Below, in pieces: positions 10,081 through 23,645 of a stretch of DNA of 64,000 nucleotides; the stretch's first letter is position 1; every line of letters begins with the position of its first letter. The translations under genes were made by a program, and so were the position numbers. This stretch comes from Raillietiella orientalis. Its lineage: Eukaryota. The stretch is taken from assembly GCA_036172245.1 (NCBI GenBank), contig JAYWIR010000011.1:4402001-4466000 (forward strand), written 5' to 3'. Under the pieces are notes generated by a model. The model saw nothing but the letters and a program-made list of their open reading frames with translations. It made no database searches and was not told the origin of the DNA.

Positions 10081-12436
10081 CCTGGTTCTCCCAGCGCCAG
10101 ACTCCTCCGCACGGCATCGCGATGGGATGATGAGATCGGCGCTGCGTCCGGCTTGCCCAGGAAGCATTACGCCCTCCCCCAAGCCAACGCAGCGGGGGAG
10201 CGGCGTCGCTTCCGCTCCTTCCCTTTCATCTCGCGCAGCATCTTCCATCTCGGGAAACGAAGGATGCTGTGGGGACGCCCTCGGCAGCTTTCTCCCCACC
10301 CCCTCCCTTCCCCGACGCGTGGTTTCCAACTTTGTCACTCCAGTAGCGGTGGGGCGACCTCGGCTGACCACGAGGGGACGGGGGCGCCCACCCACCCCTG
10401 AGCCTGCGGTCAGTATCACATAGGGAGAGTGGTGAAGGTGCGGAACGTCCTCCGCGCCGTCCCAGTTCGACCCGCCTTCCGGGTGGCACTGGCGAGGAGC
10501 GCCGGGAAGCCCTTGGGAGGTTCTCCAAGCGCGCGCGACGGCGAGACGGCGCTGCGATCTCTTTCGCCGTACGATTGCCCACAAGCGGGTGGCGGGTAGC
10601 GCGAACATCCCGCCGTCGCCTCACTTCGCCCTCGCAGCCGAAAAGATGGGGGGAGAGAGGCGGAGCTTGAGGCGAGGAGGAGGCAAAGAAAGGCAGCAGC
10701 CTTCCGCCAACTGGAGCAGTCTCCACAGGAGGCACTGACTCCTTGTGGTGCTAGTCGTGAGGTGCTTCCCATCGAGGAACCAGCCGGGTGGAGGAAACGT
10801 CCGCCAGAACGCGTCCGCGTCTGCGCCCGGACCCCTTTCCACCTCTCCCCCCCCCCCCGGAGCCACTTTGGAAAATTCCAGGAGCACCCTCCGGGGCTGC
10901 TGCAAATCCCTGGCTGGAGCCGGCGCCCTCGTCGGACGAAGCATAACAGAAGCTTCCTCGAAGCTGTGCCAGGTGGCAGGGCAGTCGCATCTTCCCGTCA
11001 CTCCTCCTGCGCTTCGGGGACCCGCACGCCGTCGGGGCTGGTCCGCGGAGATGCGAGCTGCCTCCGGGGATTCCCAGTATGCTACTGTTTCATCGCGGAG
11101 GAACGTTGCCCGCACCGGGCCGGGAACCCCGGGGTGGACTGTGGCCGGCACGCAGGAGTTCTGAGGACGGCCACCCACCAGCGAGTCTGGAGAGTGGCGA
11201 CGCGACTCCAAGATGGAGACGCCAGGGATTGGTTCCGGTTCTCGGACTGGGCAAGGAAGAGGGTCCCTCTACCCTCGTGCGGGCCAGCGGTGGGGGTAAT
11301 CGCTGCCCCTTTCTTCCGCAGCATCCTTGTCGGGAGAACGAGGACCCGGAAGGGGAGTACCAGCAAAGGGTCTTCCGATGCGCGAAATCGGGATCTGAGG
11401 GTTCAGGGGAGTTCCTGCTGGGACTCTCCCCGCCCACACCCCACGAAAGACCTAAGGAGCACTCACCCCACCCCCCTCCGGCGCGCAAGACACTGAGGGG
11501 AGCGATACGGCGTTTGCATCCCTGGCAATCCTCCCCTCCCTGCTCCGCGTACCCCTGCCAACAGGAGGACGACGTTGCGTTGGCAACGGGGCACTGTTTC
11601 GCGGGGATGAATTTGTCCCATCGTGGGGGTTGGGGAAAAGGCCGCCGAAGCTCCCCTCCCCTCCACGCCTGCAGCGCTTGCGACCTCGTCCGTCGGCCTC
11701 CCCATCTCGCGAGAACGCTCGTGGTCGCCCCCGCCCCTGCTTCCCCAGCTCGCGATCTGCTCGAGGGCACGACGCACGCCCTCCGTTCCCCGAGGCACGG
11801 CCGCACGGCCGCACCGGACGCAGGACGGGAGAGCCCCCGTCCCGGAAAGGGCGACCGGAGTGGCTCCCAGAGCGCAGCCGCTCTCCTTCGGGACGTCACC
11901 GGAGTCCCCGGCCTCTCCCACACACCTGCTCCAGCGGGAGAGGGGAGGGGGGGATCGCTCACCTCTTGTTTCTCCGCGCCCGGAGATCCCCTCCAGGAAA
12001 GGGTGCGCGGGCGAGTCGCCTCACTGGCTCTCCCTGACCTGGCTTTCGCTCTCGCTTTATAGGTCCTGACCCTTTTCGTCCTTCTGCAACAATCGCTTCA
12101 GCCATCTCTCAACGATCGTTGTTTCCCATTTACCCGTGGTTACGCCGACGTGGTTTGACGTGGTTACCCGTTTGCCCTGAGGGTACGAGCTGCAGGCCGA
12201 GATCCAGAGAAAGAACACTCTCGTCGCGGAGGGCAAATGGGACGGTGTGGGGGAGCCCCAGGTGCTAAACCTCCGTCTTTCTCCAGGAATCGGGGAAGGG
12301 AGGGAAGGGGAAAGGGAAGTCTCCGCATTTCTGCCCTGGGCCGCTCTTGCGGTCTCCCGGAAATCCGGCGGAGTCATCCTGTTCCCGCCCTCATCGCAGA
12401 GGGAAGGGGGGAGGGGCAGAGCAGGCAGCTGCTGAC

Positions 12437-13199
12437 CTGTCGGCGCCTCGGAGGTCGAGGGAACCCCTGGGGCGTGAAGGACCGCCGCAGAAGTACCGAG
12501 AGGTCGGGAGGGCTGCTGCCACCCTCTGAGGAGTCAAAGGAGCGCCAGTCCGGAAATTCCCAGCCCATTGGCGCAGGTCGGGAACGCCAGTGATGCCAGC
12601 TGATGGCTCCACGGATGGACAAAAAAAAAATGAAAGCGCAAGAGTGCGGCCTCCCGAGGGGAAGCACCGAACCGTCCAGGGGGATGTTGGGGATTGTCTC
12701 TTCACCTAGGAAGATGCCGGGATCGCTGCTGCCCACCAAGGCGGACCCGAGATGCGGACGCTTTGTCTCGGAAGGCTCTCGGGCCGACTGACCGCTCACC
12801 GGTTCGCTGATCTTCTCTGTGCAACAGGGGATCCCCACACACAACTATTCCCGTCGCCCTCCCATGGGGAGGGTGGAGCTGCAGCTAGGGGAGTGGCGAT
12901 GGCACTTGCTCGCACTTCTTGGGGGCCCACCGAGAACCTCCTGCGGACTCCAAGGCGCTGGATGGGACGGTGACCAGCTTTGAGCTCGTCTGAGAGATCC
13001 ACGCCCATTGTCTGAGCTGGAGCCTCGAAAAGCACCCGGGCGCCCCGCCGCCTCAGTGGCGGTGGGGCTGAGTAGCCTACCGGGCTCTTAGCGCCCTTCC
13101 ACGAGGCGAACCGCTCATCGACCTGCTCAGGTGACAAATGCCCAAGGGTTTCCTGTCCCAGAGCCGCGTCCTGCCGGGCGCTGCTTCCGCTCGTCCCAT
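12437..13199 (-). CDS. Two putative internal exons (13199-12800, 12599-12437) of an unidentified minus-strand gene
   Basis: GCAG|AT acceptor, CG|GTGAGC donor, ATCAG|C acceptor and CAG|GTCAGC donor; phases are compatible and the frame is open (DGTSGSSARQ..RSANR|WHHWRSRP..RRRQ). No domain recognised. Confidence 0.25.
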
Positions 13200-16100
13200 C
13201 TGCGGCTGCTGCCCCTGCCGAGAGCCGCCGAAAGTCTCGCGAGACGCGAGGAGGGAAGGCGGGAGTGGGCAGGTGGGCGGGCATCTCCTTCGTCCGCGTC
13301 ACCGACCGCTGAACTTGGACGCGTCCTGTCCACGAGGAACGGCGCCGCCGTGATCAATTGCGCCGCAATTAAGGGGTTCGCACCGGGCGTGAGTGCCTGC
13401 GTTCTCATTAATGAGCGCCATGAGCCACCGCCTCCTTGGCGTCATCTGCCTCTCGTCAGTCAACGGAACTCGCTGTCCTCCGTTCCGAGGGCGTCTCGGG
13501 ACAAAGACGTTCTTCGCCCATCTATGGGAATCGTTAGCGGATGTGCTCTCCTCTTCCCTTCCTCCTCTCTTCCTGCTCCTCCTTCTCCTTTCCGCCTCCA
13601 CCTCTCTGCCTCCCTTGCCTCTCTCCTCCTCTTCCTCCTCCTCCTTACTTCCCCCTCCTCCCTTCCACCTTTCAGGATCCCGCGGTCATCTGCCTGAAAA
13701 AATCACGGAGGAGAAGGAACCTCAGGCAGGGACGAGGGTGGAGATGAAAGGACGCTCATCCCGCTCGCTGACCGCCAAGGACTTCCTTTCAGGAGCCGCG
13801 TCAGGAGAAGGGGGAGAGGGGAAGACGCGATACTTGTAGCCTCTGGACCGGAGGATCCCATCGCGCGGAGGCCGGACGGACCACGCCGGCGCCTCTTCCA
13901 GAGACGTCGAGACCGGAGCAAGCGACGGCGGCGCCATCTCCTGCCAGCGGCATGGGGCGGTGAAACTCGGCTTCGGATGTCGGCGCCGCAGCAGGCGCCT
14001 CAGCCGGTTCCCGCACCGGGAGCGGCTCCTGCTTGGGTAGGCACCTCGGCTTCAGTCCTCCCGTCCCTCTGGTTCGCTCCCGCAGCTCTTCCCGTCGCCT
14101 TCCACTCCCACTCTGCCCCCCTCATGAACGCCAGCGGCCTCGCCGCAAGGGAGGGAGGAGCATGCCCTTGTCCAAGGACCCACACGCCCGCATGCTCGCC
14201 TTCCATGGCGTCGGCCTTGGCAACCAGCGAACAAACGCCTCTCTTCCCCCTCTCCCTCGCGATCCCAGTCCACTCGTTCAGGAAGGGGCCGCCTCCGCGG
14301 GAACACCTGGGGCAGCTCCATCTCTCGCTTCCTGCTGCGACCGCGAAGAGCATCCGCACCTGTTCCCTGCTGCTGCTGCAGGGGGCCTCTTCCATCCGCT
14401 TCCCCTCCTGAACAGCCGCCGGAACCGCCTCCGCCTGCGTGAGAGGCGGCGGCTTCCTGTGGACTTCCCTCGCACCCTATCGGGACGGAGGCCACCTCCT
14501 CTGCCTCCTCCTCCCTTGCCCGCCGGCAACTCGGCTGCCGTTTCCTCCGTAACCCTCGCGAGCGGCCGGGGCTGCCAAGGAGGCAACAAGAGGAGAGCAC
14601 GTGACTTCCCCTCCTCCTTCCCTCCTTCCTTCCTGTCCCTCCCCCTCTTTTGCTCGTCTCGCCTTTCCGATCCTCCGCGCTTCCTTCCTTTCTCCTCGCG
14701 GGTCTCGTCTTTTCGACTTCCTCTTCCTCTTATCTTCCGAGCTTCCCCCTCTTCCTTCTCTGAGGCGCCCGCTGGCGGGAGAGACGTGTTCGCTCGCCAG
14801 CAGGGATCCGGACATGCCCGATAGGCTCGCCATATTCCTCCCGCGCCAATCCCGGACCTTTTGTGTTCCCCGCGCGCATCTCTCCCTCGAGCATCGAACT
14901 TTCCCCCTGCACACGAGAGAGCGGCCGAGCTCCGTGGGAAGCGTAGCCGCGCGCGACTTTCCTCACGGAAGGTCTTTCGAAACCTTCCGAGGACCGACGA
15001 GGGGACGAAGGCTCCCTCTCCTCCCCTCCTTCCGTCGCTCAGACGCCGTTGCCGAGCAGCGCGACAGGTGATGCTCCTCCGCGTGCCGCTCAGCGCGCGC
15101 GACCCTGGGATACTGGGCATGCGGGGCTCTGAGGAGGGAAGGAAGGGAAGCGAAAGGGGCGAGAGGGGAAGAGGAACCACGAAAATGAAGGTGCAGAGCC
15201 GAAAACCGTGGAGGCGAGCGACGCGCGGGTCGCTCAGCGACCGAGGGGAAGCTCGCGATCGGCGCACATCCCGAACATCCGGGGGGGAGGGGGGAGGGGG
15301 CGCTCACGAGTTGATCCCCCACCTGCGAACGACGCATCCATGACAAATTTGCTGCGAACGCCACCTGCGCGACGCAGCGTTCCGACCGACGATCCGGAAT
15401 TCCATTCACTGGATCCCGCACGTTCCTCTCTTTTCATTCCAGATAAGGAAGGAATCTACGCCCCCTCTTCCGCCATGGTCCATTTGTAGAGAGCACTCTG
15501 AACTTTTTGCCTTTCTTTGCAAAAAGGAAGCTCATCCCGCCTCGGTTGCCGTAGCGAAAGAAAACAAACAGGTTTTTTTTTTTTTTTTTGCTGCGGAACC
15601 TGCCACCAAGTGATGAGTCAGGAACACAAACGAGAAAGCATTCAGTGGGGAAGAACGGAACGAAACCATGGCGACGGCAAAGCTGCTCGGTTGCTCGAGC
15701 AACGGATTCCCGCGTGGCGGAGCGCAACAATGGGAGCGCGGCTGCTGCTGCTCGGCAACGAGGACGGCGGCCTCCAAAAAGCGACCGATCGCTCTAAGCA
15801 ACCGCCACACTTGGTAACATGAATGATAATTAGCAACAGGCAATCAACAAGAAATTATGCCCGGCGTGCCACATGGGAAATTTTCTTTCCTTCCACACAC
15901 ATTGACACGCTGATGGGCTTCATCCACATGCTGAATTGATTAAAGGCACGTGATACGATGACACATTCCGAGCTCGGGTCGCTCAGCACTATGGGCTTAC
16001 CGCGCCCAAGTGCAAGCGTGAATAATTTCGCTTAAAAAAGAAATAAAGTTCGAAGGAAATAATAATATTTACAAGTAGCATGCGAGTAGAACTGCTAAAA

Positions 16101-17008
16101 GAAAACACACACGCACAATATGTCCCTAGTACAAAAACCAAGTGAAACATAAAAAATGAATAAATAAGCGATGCATTTACGTAGGGTAGCCCTGAGTAGG
16201 ACAAAACTAGGCGTCTTGCACAGAAAAAAAAAAAAAATGTCATTTGATAATATTTCTTTTTTTTCTTCTTTTAAGTGAGTAATTCAGCATCACATTAAGT
16301 AGATTCCGGGAGCTGGGTGCTCATTCCCGACTGCTTTGGTTTTGCTTTAAACATACATTCACATTTGCAAGTTGCGCTGCATGCCATTTTCTTTTCTTTT
16401 CTTTTTTTTTTTCTTTTTACTTCTAACACATACACACATACGTACCCAAAAAAAGGAGGAGAAAAAAGAGAGAGAGAGAGACAAGGAAGAAAAGAAAGAA
16501 GAAAAAAAAAAACCAAAATCGCACCGCAGCCAGCTCATAAGCTCAACTCAAAATTGTGATTATGAAATTTTTCTCAAGCAGAACTGCGGATTAGCGCGCT
16601 GCGTTTCCATAGCTGCCTCCCTGCAGGCCGGTTCGAGCAGTGCATCCCTAATTAAAGTAAGTTTGATTTGATTTGTGACAAGTTGTCGGGGATTTTCTTT
16701 CTTTCTTTTTTTTTTTTTTTTTTTCGAATTTTCCACCGACTGGTGAGAAAGAATGCTGGCAAGCCTTTCCGATTTCGGAAGCCAGAGGTTGCGTGGGAAA
16801 CCCACGGAAATTGAACATTTCCACGTTAATCGGCCACGATTGCCACATGCCTTTGCACGTGTCTTGGAAACCGAGACGAAACCATTTTTCTTCTTCTTCT
16901 TCCTCCTTCCTTCCTTCCTTTCCTTTCCTTTTTTTTTTTCCTTTTCTTTTCATCCTCCCCCGTCGAGGCTCTCCTCTCTCTTTTTTACCTTCCCTCCCCC
17001 CCCCTCCA

Positions 17009-17050
17009 TCCACCACCACCACCACCACCACCACCAGCACCAGCACCACC
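17009..17050. repeat. (CCA)n/(CCAGCA) microsatellite
   Basis: Direct reading of the trinucleotide run. Confidence 0.9.
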
Positions 17051-17392
17051 TCCGCCGTCCTCTTCCGCCGGTCCACCGCGGGTCCACCGCCCGGCGCGCA
17101 CGCACCTCCTCCTCCTCCGTGGTCGCACTCGGGCGGGAACGCGCCTGGGGGGAGTTTCCTCAAGGGTTGACAGCGAGATGACGTTCACGCACGGTCACGT
17201 GTAAGCAGCGGCGGGCATATACAGGGCGGAGAGCGATGTTGCGATGTTTGGTGTTGGTTGGCCCGCGCGGGAGGCCGCAGGTGCGCGGCGGTGTGCGCGG
17301 TGGCAGTGCTGGCGTGAAAGTGCCTGTGGCTCTCCCCGGAAGAATGCTTCCTTTGCCCACGTTGCCTTTGCACGGCCTTTTTGTCTTTTCTG

Positions 17393-17429
<37 letters not shown>

Positions 17430-18600
17430 TAGGAAAAAAAAAGAGAGAGAGAGAGCAAGTTATTGTTGTTGTTGTTGTTGTTAATTTTCCTGTGATTTTT
17501 CAGTGCTTTTTTTTTTTTTTTTTTCGAAACAAAGAAAAGAAAGGAATACAGGAGAAGAAAAAAATGTGCGCTTGGTTCAGAGGAGCAGCATGAAAAAGAA
17601 GAAAACGCAGGGCGAAGAAGATCGGATTGCGTTCGTCCCCTTGAAGGAAATAAATAAAGACTGAAGTCCGTGGATCGGAAGTTCTTCGTAAGTTCTCAGA
17701 CGTGACGTTCCCGCAGCCGTTCCCGAAATTCGTCGAACGGGGTCGGGACGGAGGCACCGCCGCTGCCGGGCCCTCGCGGAGGGCGCGGTCGCCGTCGTCC
17801 CGGCGCGAATTTCCTTCCCGGAAGAGTAAGGAGACGATGTTTCCGGGAAGCTGCGGGTGAATTCGGTGGTCACGCGCCCGCCCGCAGCGGCGGACCCGTG
17901 CGAGCATCTCCGTTCGTGTCGGCAGAGTGTCACGGAGTGGGTCAGGTTTCCTCGTGGCTGCGTGTTGCTTTGGGTGCAGCCTCGCGTGTTTCCCCGTGGC
18001 CCCGCGACACCCGCGTGCACCACCGCCGCGCTGTGACACTCTCCCTCCCTCCCTCCCTTCCTCCCTCCCTCTCTCTCTCTCTTTTTCCTTTCTTTCTTTC
18101 TTTCCATCGAGCTGGAAGGGTTGCGAGCGAGTTCTTCTTCGCCCAGCGAGCCCTTCGGAAAGGGTCGGAGGTATCCTCCAGCGTTCGGCGGATCCTCCCC
18201 CTGGAAAAATCTGCATCGGACGCGTCCCCCCTCCGTCCCCTTCCCTATCCGTTTTGCCTCCCTACTCGGTTTGCTCTCGCAGGAGTCCACCGCAACGCCC
18301 AAGTGGTTTCCGAGGCTCCGTGCAAGAGAGGTCATCTCTGCGGTCCTCTCGGCAGATCACTGGCAGTGTGTGGGAGCATCGTGCGGGGGACGCGTTTCCG
18401 TGTCGAAGAGAGGGCTGCTGACGAACCTCCCGGCGGTCCCTTGGGAAGCGGAGATTGCCGCGATCCTTCTTGCCTTTGGAGTCGCCCTTCGAGCTTTCAT
18501 CCTTCCCCGCCGATTTCCCCTCTTGCAAGGGTCGTCGAGACCACGGGGCGTCCTTCCGCCGATGCCTTCCGGTTCTTCTTCGTAAGTGCTCTCCATTCGA

Positions 18601-18629
18601 GTGGTGGTGGTGGTGGTGGTGGTGGTGGT
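18601..18629. repeat. (GGT)n microsatellite
   Basis: Direct reading. Confidence 0.9.
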
Positions 18630-19483
18630 TTGCCGCTTCCCGCCCGTGCAGCGCTTCGAGCGCCCCAAGCAGCTCATGAAATATTCATGTCCCGCGCTCG
18701 CTGATTCCGATCTCCAGGAGAAGTGTGGTTCCGCGGATGTGTGATTTCCATGGCACCCGTGCTGCTGCGGCGCGTGGGCGTGCGCATCGCCCTGCCGAGC
18801 CACGTTCCACGGGAGCGTGGCGCCTTTTCTCTCGCGGATGAATGGCTGGAGGAAGGCTTTGCAAGATGCAGTACCAGTCGGGATGGTCAGGCAGTACTCA
18901 AAAAAAAAAAAAAAAGAAAAGAAAGAAAGGAAGGAAGGAAGGAAAATTTTTTTCCCTGCTTTTTTTTATTTTTTCCCACGCCGCGGGCCGTTGCTTTCGC
19001 GTCGGTGTGCCCGGCTACGGAGAGGATGCAGCTTCCCGTCGTGTGCATCGTGCTGCGCGCACGCACACCCTCTTAAAAAGGCTTAAATTTAACAGTCGGC
19101 CAGAGTGGGGTTTGGTTTCCGTTCGAGCGTCGTCTGGATCCCGCGCAGGCATCCAGCATGTGCCGCAGCAAATTGCCACTCTAATTGGTTGGTGCATTCC
19201 AAAGTCCTGCTTCCTGTCTGGCTGTGCCTTCGAATCCAGCTTCCGGAGAGCGGTGGCGACGGTGCTGGTAGGTGTGTCGTTGTTGTCGTGCCGTCGAAGG
19301 CATCAAGGGATGAAGTGGAGGAGGGGGAAACGGGAGAGAAAAAAAAAAAAAGAAAATTGGCACGATTGAGTGGCTCCTCCGAACCAGCCAGCCAGCTACC
19401 AAGTACCGGGTACGTTCGCTCCGCTGCATCATTCGCCAGATGACTTCGGTGGCTCGCAGGGCCATGCGTCTCGGAGAGCTCTC

Positions 19484-20190
19484 CCGCGTTGGCGGCGGCC
19501 GCGTGACCGCGCGGGGCGCCGAGCGCGTCGCGGGTTCGAATCCCGCCGGCGGAAGGAAGGACGCCAAGAAGTAAGGGCGAGTGCGTCGTGGGTTTCGAGC
19601 CCAGCTCCCCCCCTCCCCACCGCTGGTTGGCTTTATACGCTTCGGGTGCGTCGTCACTCGTGGAGGCCGGGAACCGGGTGACTGGCCGGGACTGGAAGCG
19701 CACACCTTCCGGGGTCCTTCCAGGAAATCAAGGAGCCTCGAGATTCCCTTCCGGTTGTGAAAATGCAGCCGTCTTCTTCCTTCCTCGGGGGGAGGCGGGG
19801 GGAGGACTTTCCATCGTGTACAGTGGAGCCGGTTGGCACCTCTCCACAGTGTAAGAAGCCCTCTGCTCCGTTTGGGATGCGGCCCTTCTCTCCCCTGAAA
19901 AGGAGAGGGAACAAGGAACGCGTTCCCTCCTGAAAGGAAAGGAGGAATGGCCCCCTCCATTGAGGATGAGGAAGAGGCTCCCATTGGGATTCCCTTCGGA
20001 GACAACCAGGGCGGAGGGTTGGTTCCCTCCCTCTCGCGGTCGGGAGGGACTCCTTCCTTCCGGAACCTTTTCTGGATTCGTGGGCCGGTCCCATCCCTGG
20101 GTACCCCTCTATAACTTGAAGAGTCAGCACGCACCCTCGCGTGGCGTGGACGGTATCACCTCGTGACGTAAGGCAACCAAGAAAGCGCGA
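19484..20190 (+). mobile_element. tRNA-derived SINE-like repeat, copy S1 (uninterrupted)
   Basis: Head CCGCGTTGGCGGC (A-box-like), then GTCGCGGGTTCGAATCCCGC (T-arm/B-box), followed by body motifs shared with the other copies (GTGGGTTTCGA, GACTGGCCGGG, TCCTTCCAGG, AACTTGAAGAGTC). 3' end approximate. Confidence 0.75.
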
Positions 20191-22973
20191 AGCGACGGGC
20201 TGCGAGCGTTCCCTGAAGGGGAAAAGAACGTTTTCCCGGGATCTTTTCCCGAGGCGCCGGGTCTCCCGCATTTGGCGATCGGTACTGCTCCACGGCGGAA
20301 GACCTCTCTCCGAGTGGAAGACTTGCGCAACGGACTCGGCGCACGTTCTTCAACCCGCCGCTTCTTGTGAAACGACAGCCTCCTTGTCTTTCGCTCGGCC
20401 ACCGCTGCCGGAGGGGTCCACGGCCATCTCCGCCCGCGTGTGCGGAACTCTCCGAGGCCGGGCGGACGGGTTCGCACAATTCGCAGCAGCTGCGCTTTTC
20501 TTGCGCGAACCGGCAAGAATGGCTGCCGTCCGGAAAAGCGTTCATCACCGTTGGTTCCTATAGGTCGGGGAGGAAGGGGGGGAGGGACCACCACCCTTCG
20601 GGGTGTGCGCGATGCTGGGGCAAAATGCCAGTCGAAAACCGAGCGGAAAGTGGGTGCGGTGCGCTGCTGCCACAGGAAGGAGCCACGTCCACCGCGCCCT
20701 CCAGAGCGCGAGCGGAAGGAGCCCTCCGGCTGGTCCCGGCGTGCGCTGCGCCGGCGGAGGTGGCTGCAGGAGCCTTGCGCAAGACCTCAGCCCCGCAAGC
20801 CGGCAGAACTCGCAACTTTCCGTTTCCCACGTTGCCTCGCTTGCATCCCTCCTCCTCCGATTCTCATCTTCCCTCAGTCATGGGGAAGAGGCGGGAGGGA
20901 GGGAGAGAAAGGCAGAAGGCATTCGACTGCTTTGGCAGACCCTGAGGACTCTTCGTCTTCGCGGTGCGCTGAATGACCGTGCGTTCGTCACATGCCGGTC
21001 ACGCCAACGCGAGCTCCTTTTCAAGGTCGCTCGTGCATCCCGGCAGCAGCTGCTGCCGCCCTGCCCGTTTCCTGGTTTCCCAGAAATGGTGCTGCATGTT
21101 CTTTGCAGTGAGCGGCACTCCTTCCTGCGTGAAGTGCCCTCCCCCCCGGGGTCGGCCTTGGAGCGCCATCGGGCAGCAGGAGCGAGGAGGCTGGGTTTTC
21201 GGCCTCGTGGTGGAGGTGGCGGCAGTTTTCTTGCGCGAGTGGACTCTTTGAGAGGTGGTGCCTTCGGTGCGCCACCCTGACCGTCCACCATCACCCCTGC
21301 CGGTCAAGCGGCTCCACGCTCCAGGAACCATCGTTCCACTTTTTTTCCCCCTTTTTTACCATCGGCATTCTTCCACATGGGTTCCATCGGCTTCGGCCTT
21401 GCGGTCCCATCGTCGTGGGCCGCCACTCGCACTGCAGGCCGGGCGCTCCGGGCTGGCATGGGAAGCCTCTCCCTCATCCCTCCCGCCCCAAGATCAGGTC
21501 GGGGGCGCCTGCCTGCCTGCTGCTTGTTTTCACGCGCTCCATCCCGGCGCCCTGGATTTTGCTGCTTCCTATGGCCCAGGAAGTCCCCGAGCGAATTCGA
21601 CGCCCGTCCGAGGCGCCGTTTCCGTGGATGCGGACCGCGCCGCCGCCGCCGCCGCCGTCGTCGTCGTCGTCCGGCGGATTCGCTCCCGGGTGTTCGCGCG
21701 CGGACTTTCGACCGTCGCGGGAGGGAGGGAATTTGCCCGTCCTCCGCGCGAAGCGGCGGCGGCGGCGGCCGCCTCGAATTCCCGGGATGATAAGGGGAAG
21801 TCTCGCGCCGATCTCTCGTTCCAGCGAGCTCCTTCCCGGAGAACCCGCGACTTCCTGCGCGCTTTTCATCGCCCGGCTTGTTTCGTTCGGGGCGCGGACG
21901 CAGAGCAGCCATCCTGCCGGTGGACGAAGGGAGGACATCATCCCACCTTGCCCCGATTCCCTCCCGCCATCGCCACCAAAGTGTGACGCCCGCCGCTCGC
22001 TCGTGGAAGCACGCCGGCGGCGAGCTTTCTCTTTCAAGAAGAAAAGGAAAAGAAAGACGTGCGTCTTTCTGTTTCCCCAATTGCCCCGTCCCGTCCGCTC
22101 CCGGAGCGTCCACCCGGGACGGCAAAACGGCGCGAGGGCGGGCGAGCGCAAAAGCAGGCGAGCGAACGGACGGTCCCCCGGAGGCGCCTGCCTGCAGCAC
22201 TCACTTTCTGGGGGGGGGGGGAAGGCTGTCGGCCGTCCCAATTAGAAGGCATTCAGCGGCGGAGTTCGTAATCCGTCGCCTCGAGCCTTTCTTGCTTCAC
22301 CCTTTGAAATTCCAAAAGCAGGCAGCGCCTCATTATCCACAGGCGCCCGCTCGCTGGTCCTTTCTGCACTATTGATTTGTAGGGTTATTCGAGGAACACA
22401 ACGGGTGCCCGCGCTGCCCCGTCTCTTTTTGACAGCGTTTTTCTTTTTCTTCTTCTTTTCCCCATCTCTACCTCCCTCCTCCCCCCCTCCCCTTCCGAAC
22501 TTGAGGGGGCTGCCGGCGGGACGTGCGCCGAGCTTCCGTCTTCGTCTCAAGTGGTTTCGTGCCCTCCTGCAGTGTTTTTCCGTGTTGCCGCCGTGCCCCG
22601 CACGCGGGAAGGCCGAGCAGCTCGCGGCAGCTCCCCCCGTTTTCCTGCTCCGGGATGCTGGCGCGGAAGCAAGCGCGGGCAGCGCGCATCCCCTCCGCCC
22701 GTTCGCAGTCGAGCCGCGCGACGCCACCGCCGCACGCGCCCTCCCCGCCTCTTCGTGGTCCCGCGCCGCCGCAGCGCGCTCGGCGCGGGGAGCCATCTGC
22801 TAGAGGAATCCAAAGACGCGTCGGATCGCGCGGGCGCTTCCCGTCGTCGCTTCCCCGACCTTGCGACTCCCGGAAGGTGGGCTTGCAAATACATCGGAGC
22901 TCTGCAGGTCCGTGAAACGCGAGCGACACCGGGAGAGGAAGTGGGATGGCAAGCCTGAAGCGACCTCGAAGAA

Positions 22974-23645
22974 GCCGCGTTGGCGGCCGTGGCTGCTGCG
23001 GTCTTCGCGCGCGATGCCAAGCGTCGCGGGTTCGAATGCAACCTGGGGGAAGTGTCAAAGCCGAGCATGGGGGTCGACGTTGTGAAGGACGTTCCGCCGC
23101 AGGATGTCGTCGGTTGGCCTGCAGGCATCCGGTGCGCCACTGGCGGTGACTGGGTTGACTACCTGGGATCCCTCCACGAATCGAGGGTTCCCCCCCCCCC
23201 CCGGCTGGGAAAATGGAACCATCGCCTTCTGGGGGGGGAGGGATCTCTTCTCCATCGCGTACCATGAAGATACCCTCCTCGGGGTTGCCTCTCCAGAGTG
23301 CAAGCAGCGCGCTTCTCCCTTAGGGCAGCGCCCGCCAGAGAAATTGGGAAGCATCCCTTCGGAGTTCTCTTGAGGGGAGGAGGAAACGGGGAGCGATTCC
23401 CTTCCGGGTTCTCTCCGGAGAGAAGAAGAGTGAGGATCCCGTCTGAGAAGACCAGGGCAATGGTTCCCTCCCAGCGTGACAGGAACGGACTCCTTTCTTC
23501 GGAGTCTTTCCTGGATTCACAGGGTGGCCCCCTCCCGGGGTGATCTCCTATCTTGAAGAGGTGGATCGCATCCTCGCGTGGCACGGACAGCGTCAAAGAG
23601 CTCTGTGACCCCTCTCCCCCTAAGGAGACGAGAGGCTCTTAGGGG
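22974..23645 (+). mobile_element. tRNA-derived SINE-like repeat, copy S2 (uninterrupted)
   Basis: GCCGCGTTGGCGGCCGTGG..GCGTCGCGGGTTCGAAT head; body motifs TTCCTGGATTCACAGGGTGG and GGACAGCGTCAAAGAGCTC shared with S3-S5. Confidence 0.7.

Noticed and set aside
19484..19550. tRNA-like heads (also 22974, 33347, 44146, 49225) as real tRNA genes
   Set aside because: Only the T-arm is well preserved; acceptor and anticodon stems do not pair consistently, there is no immediate T-run terminator, and each continues into the shared repeat body.
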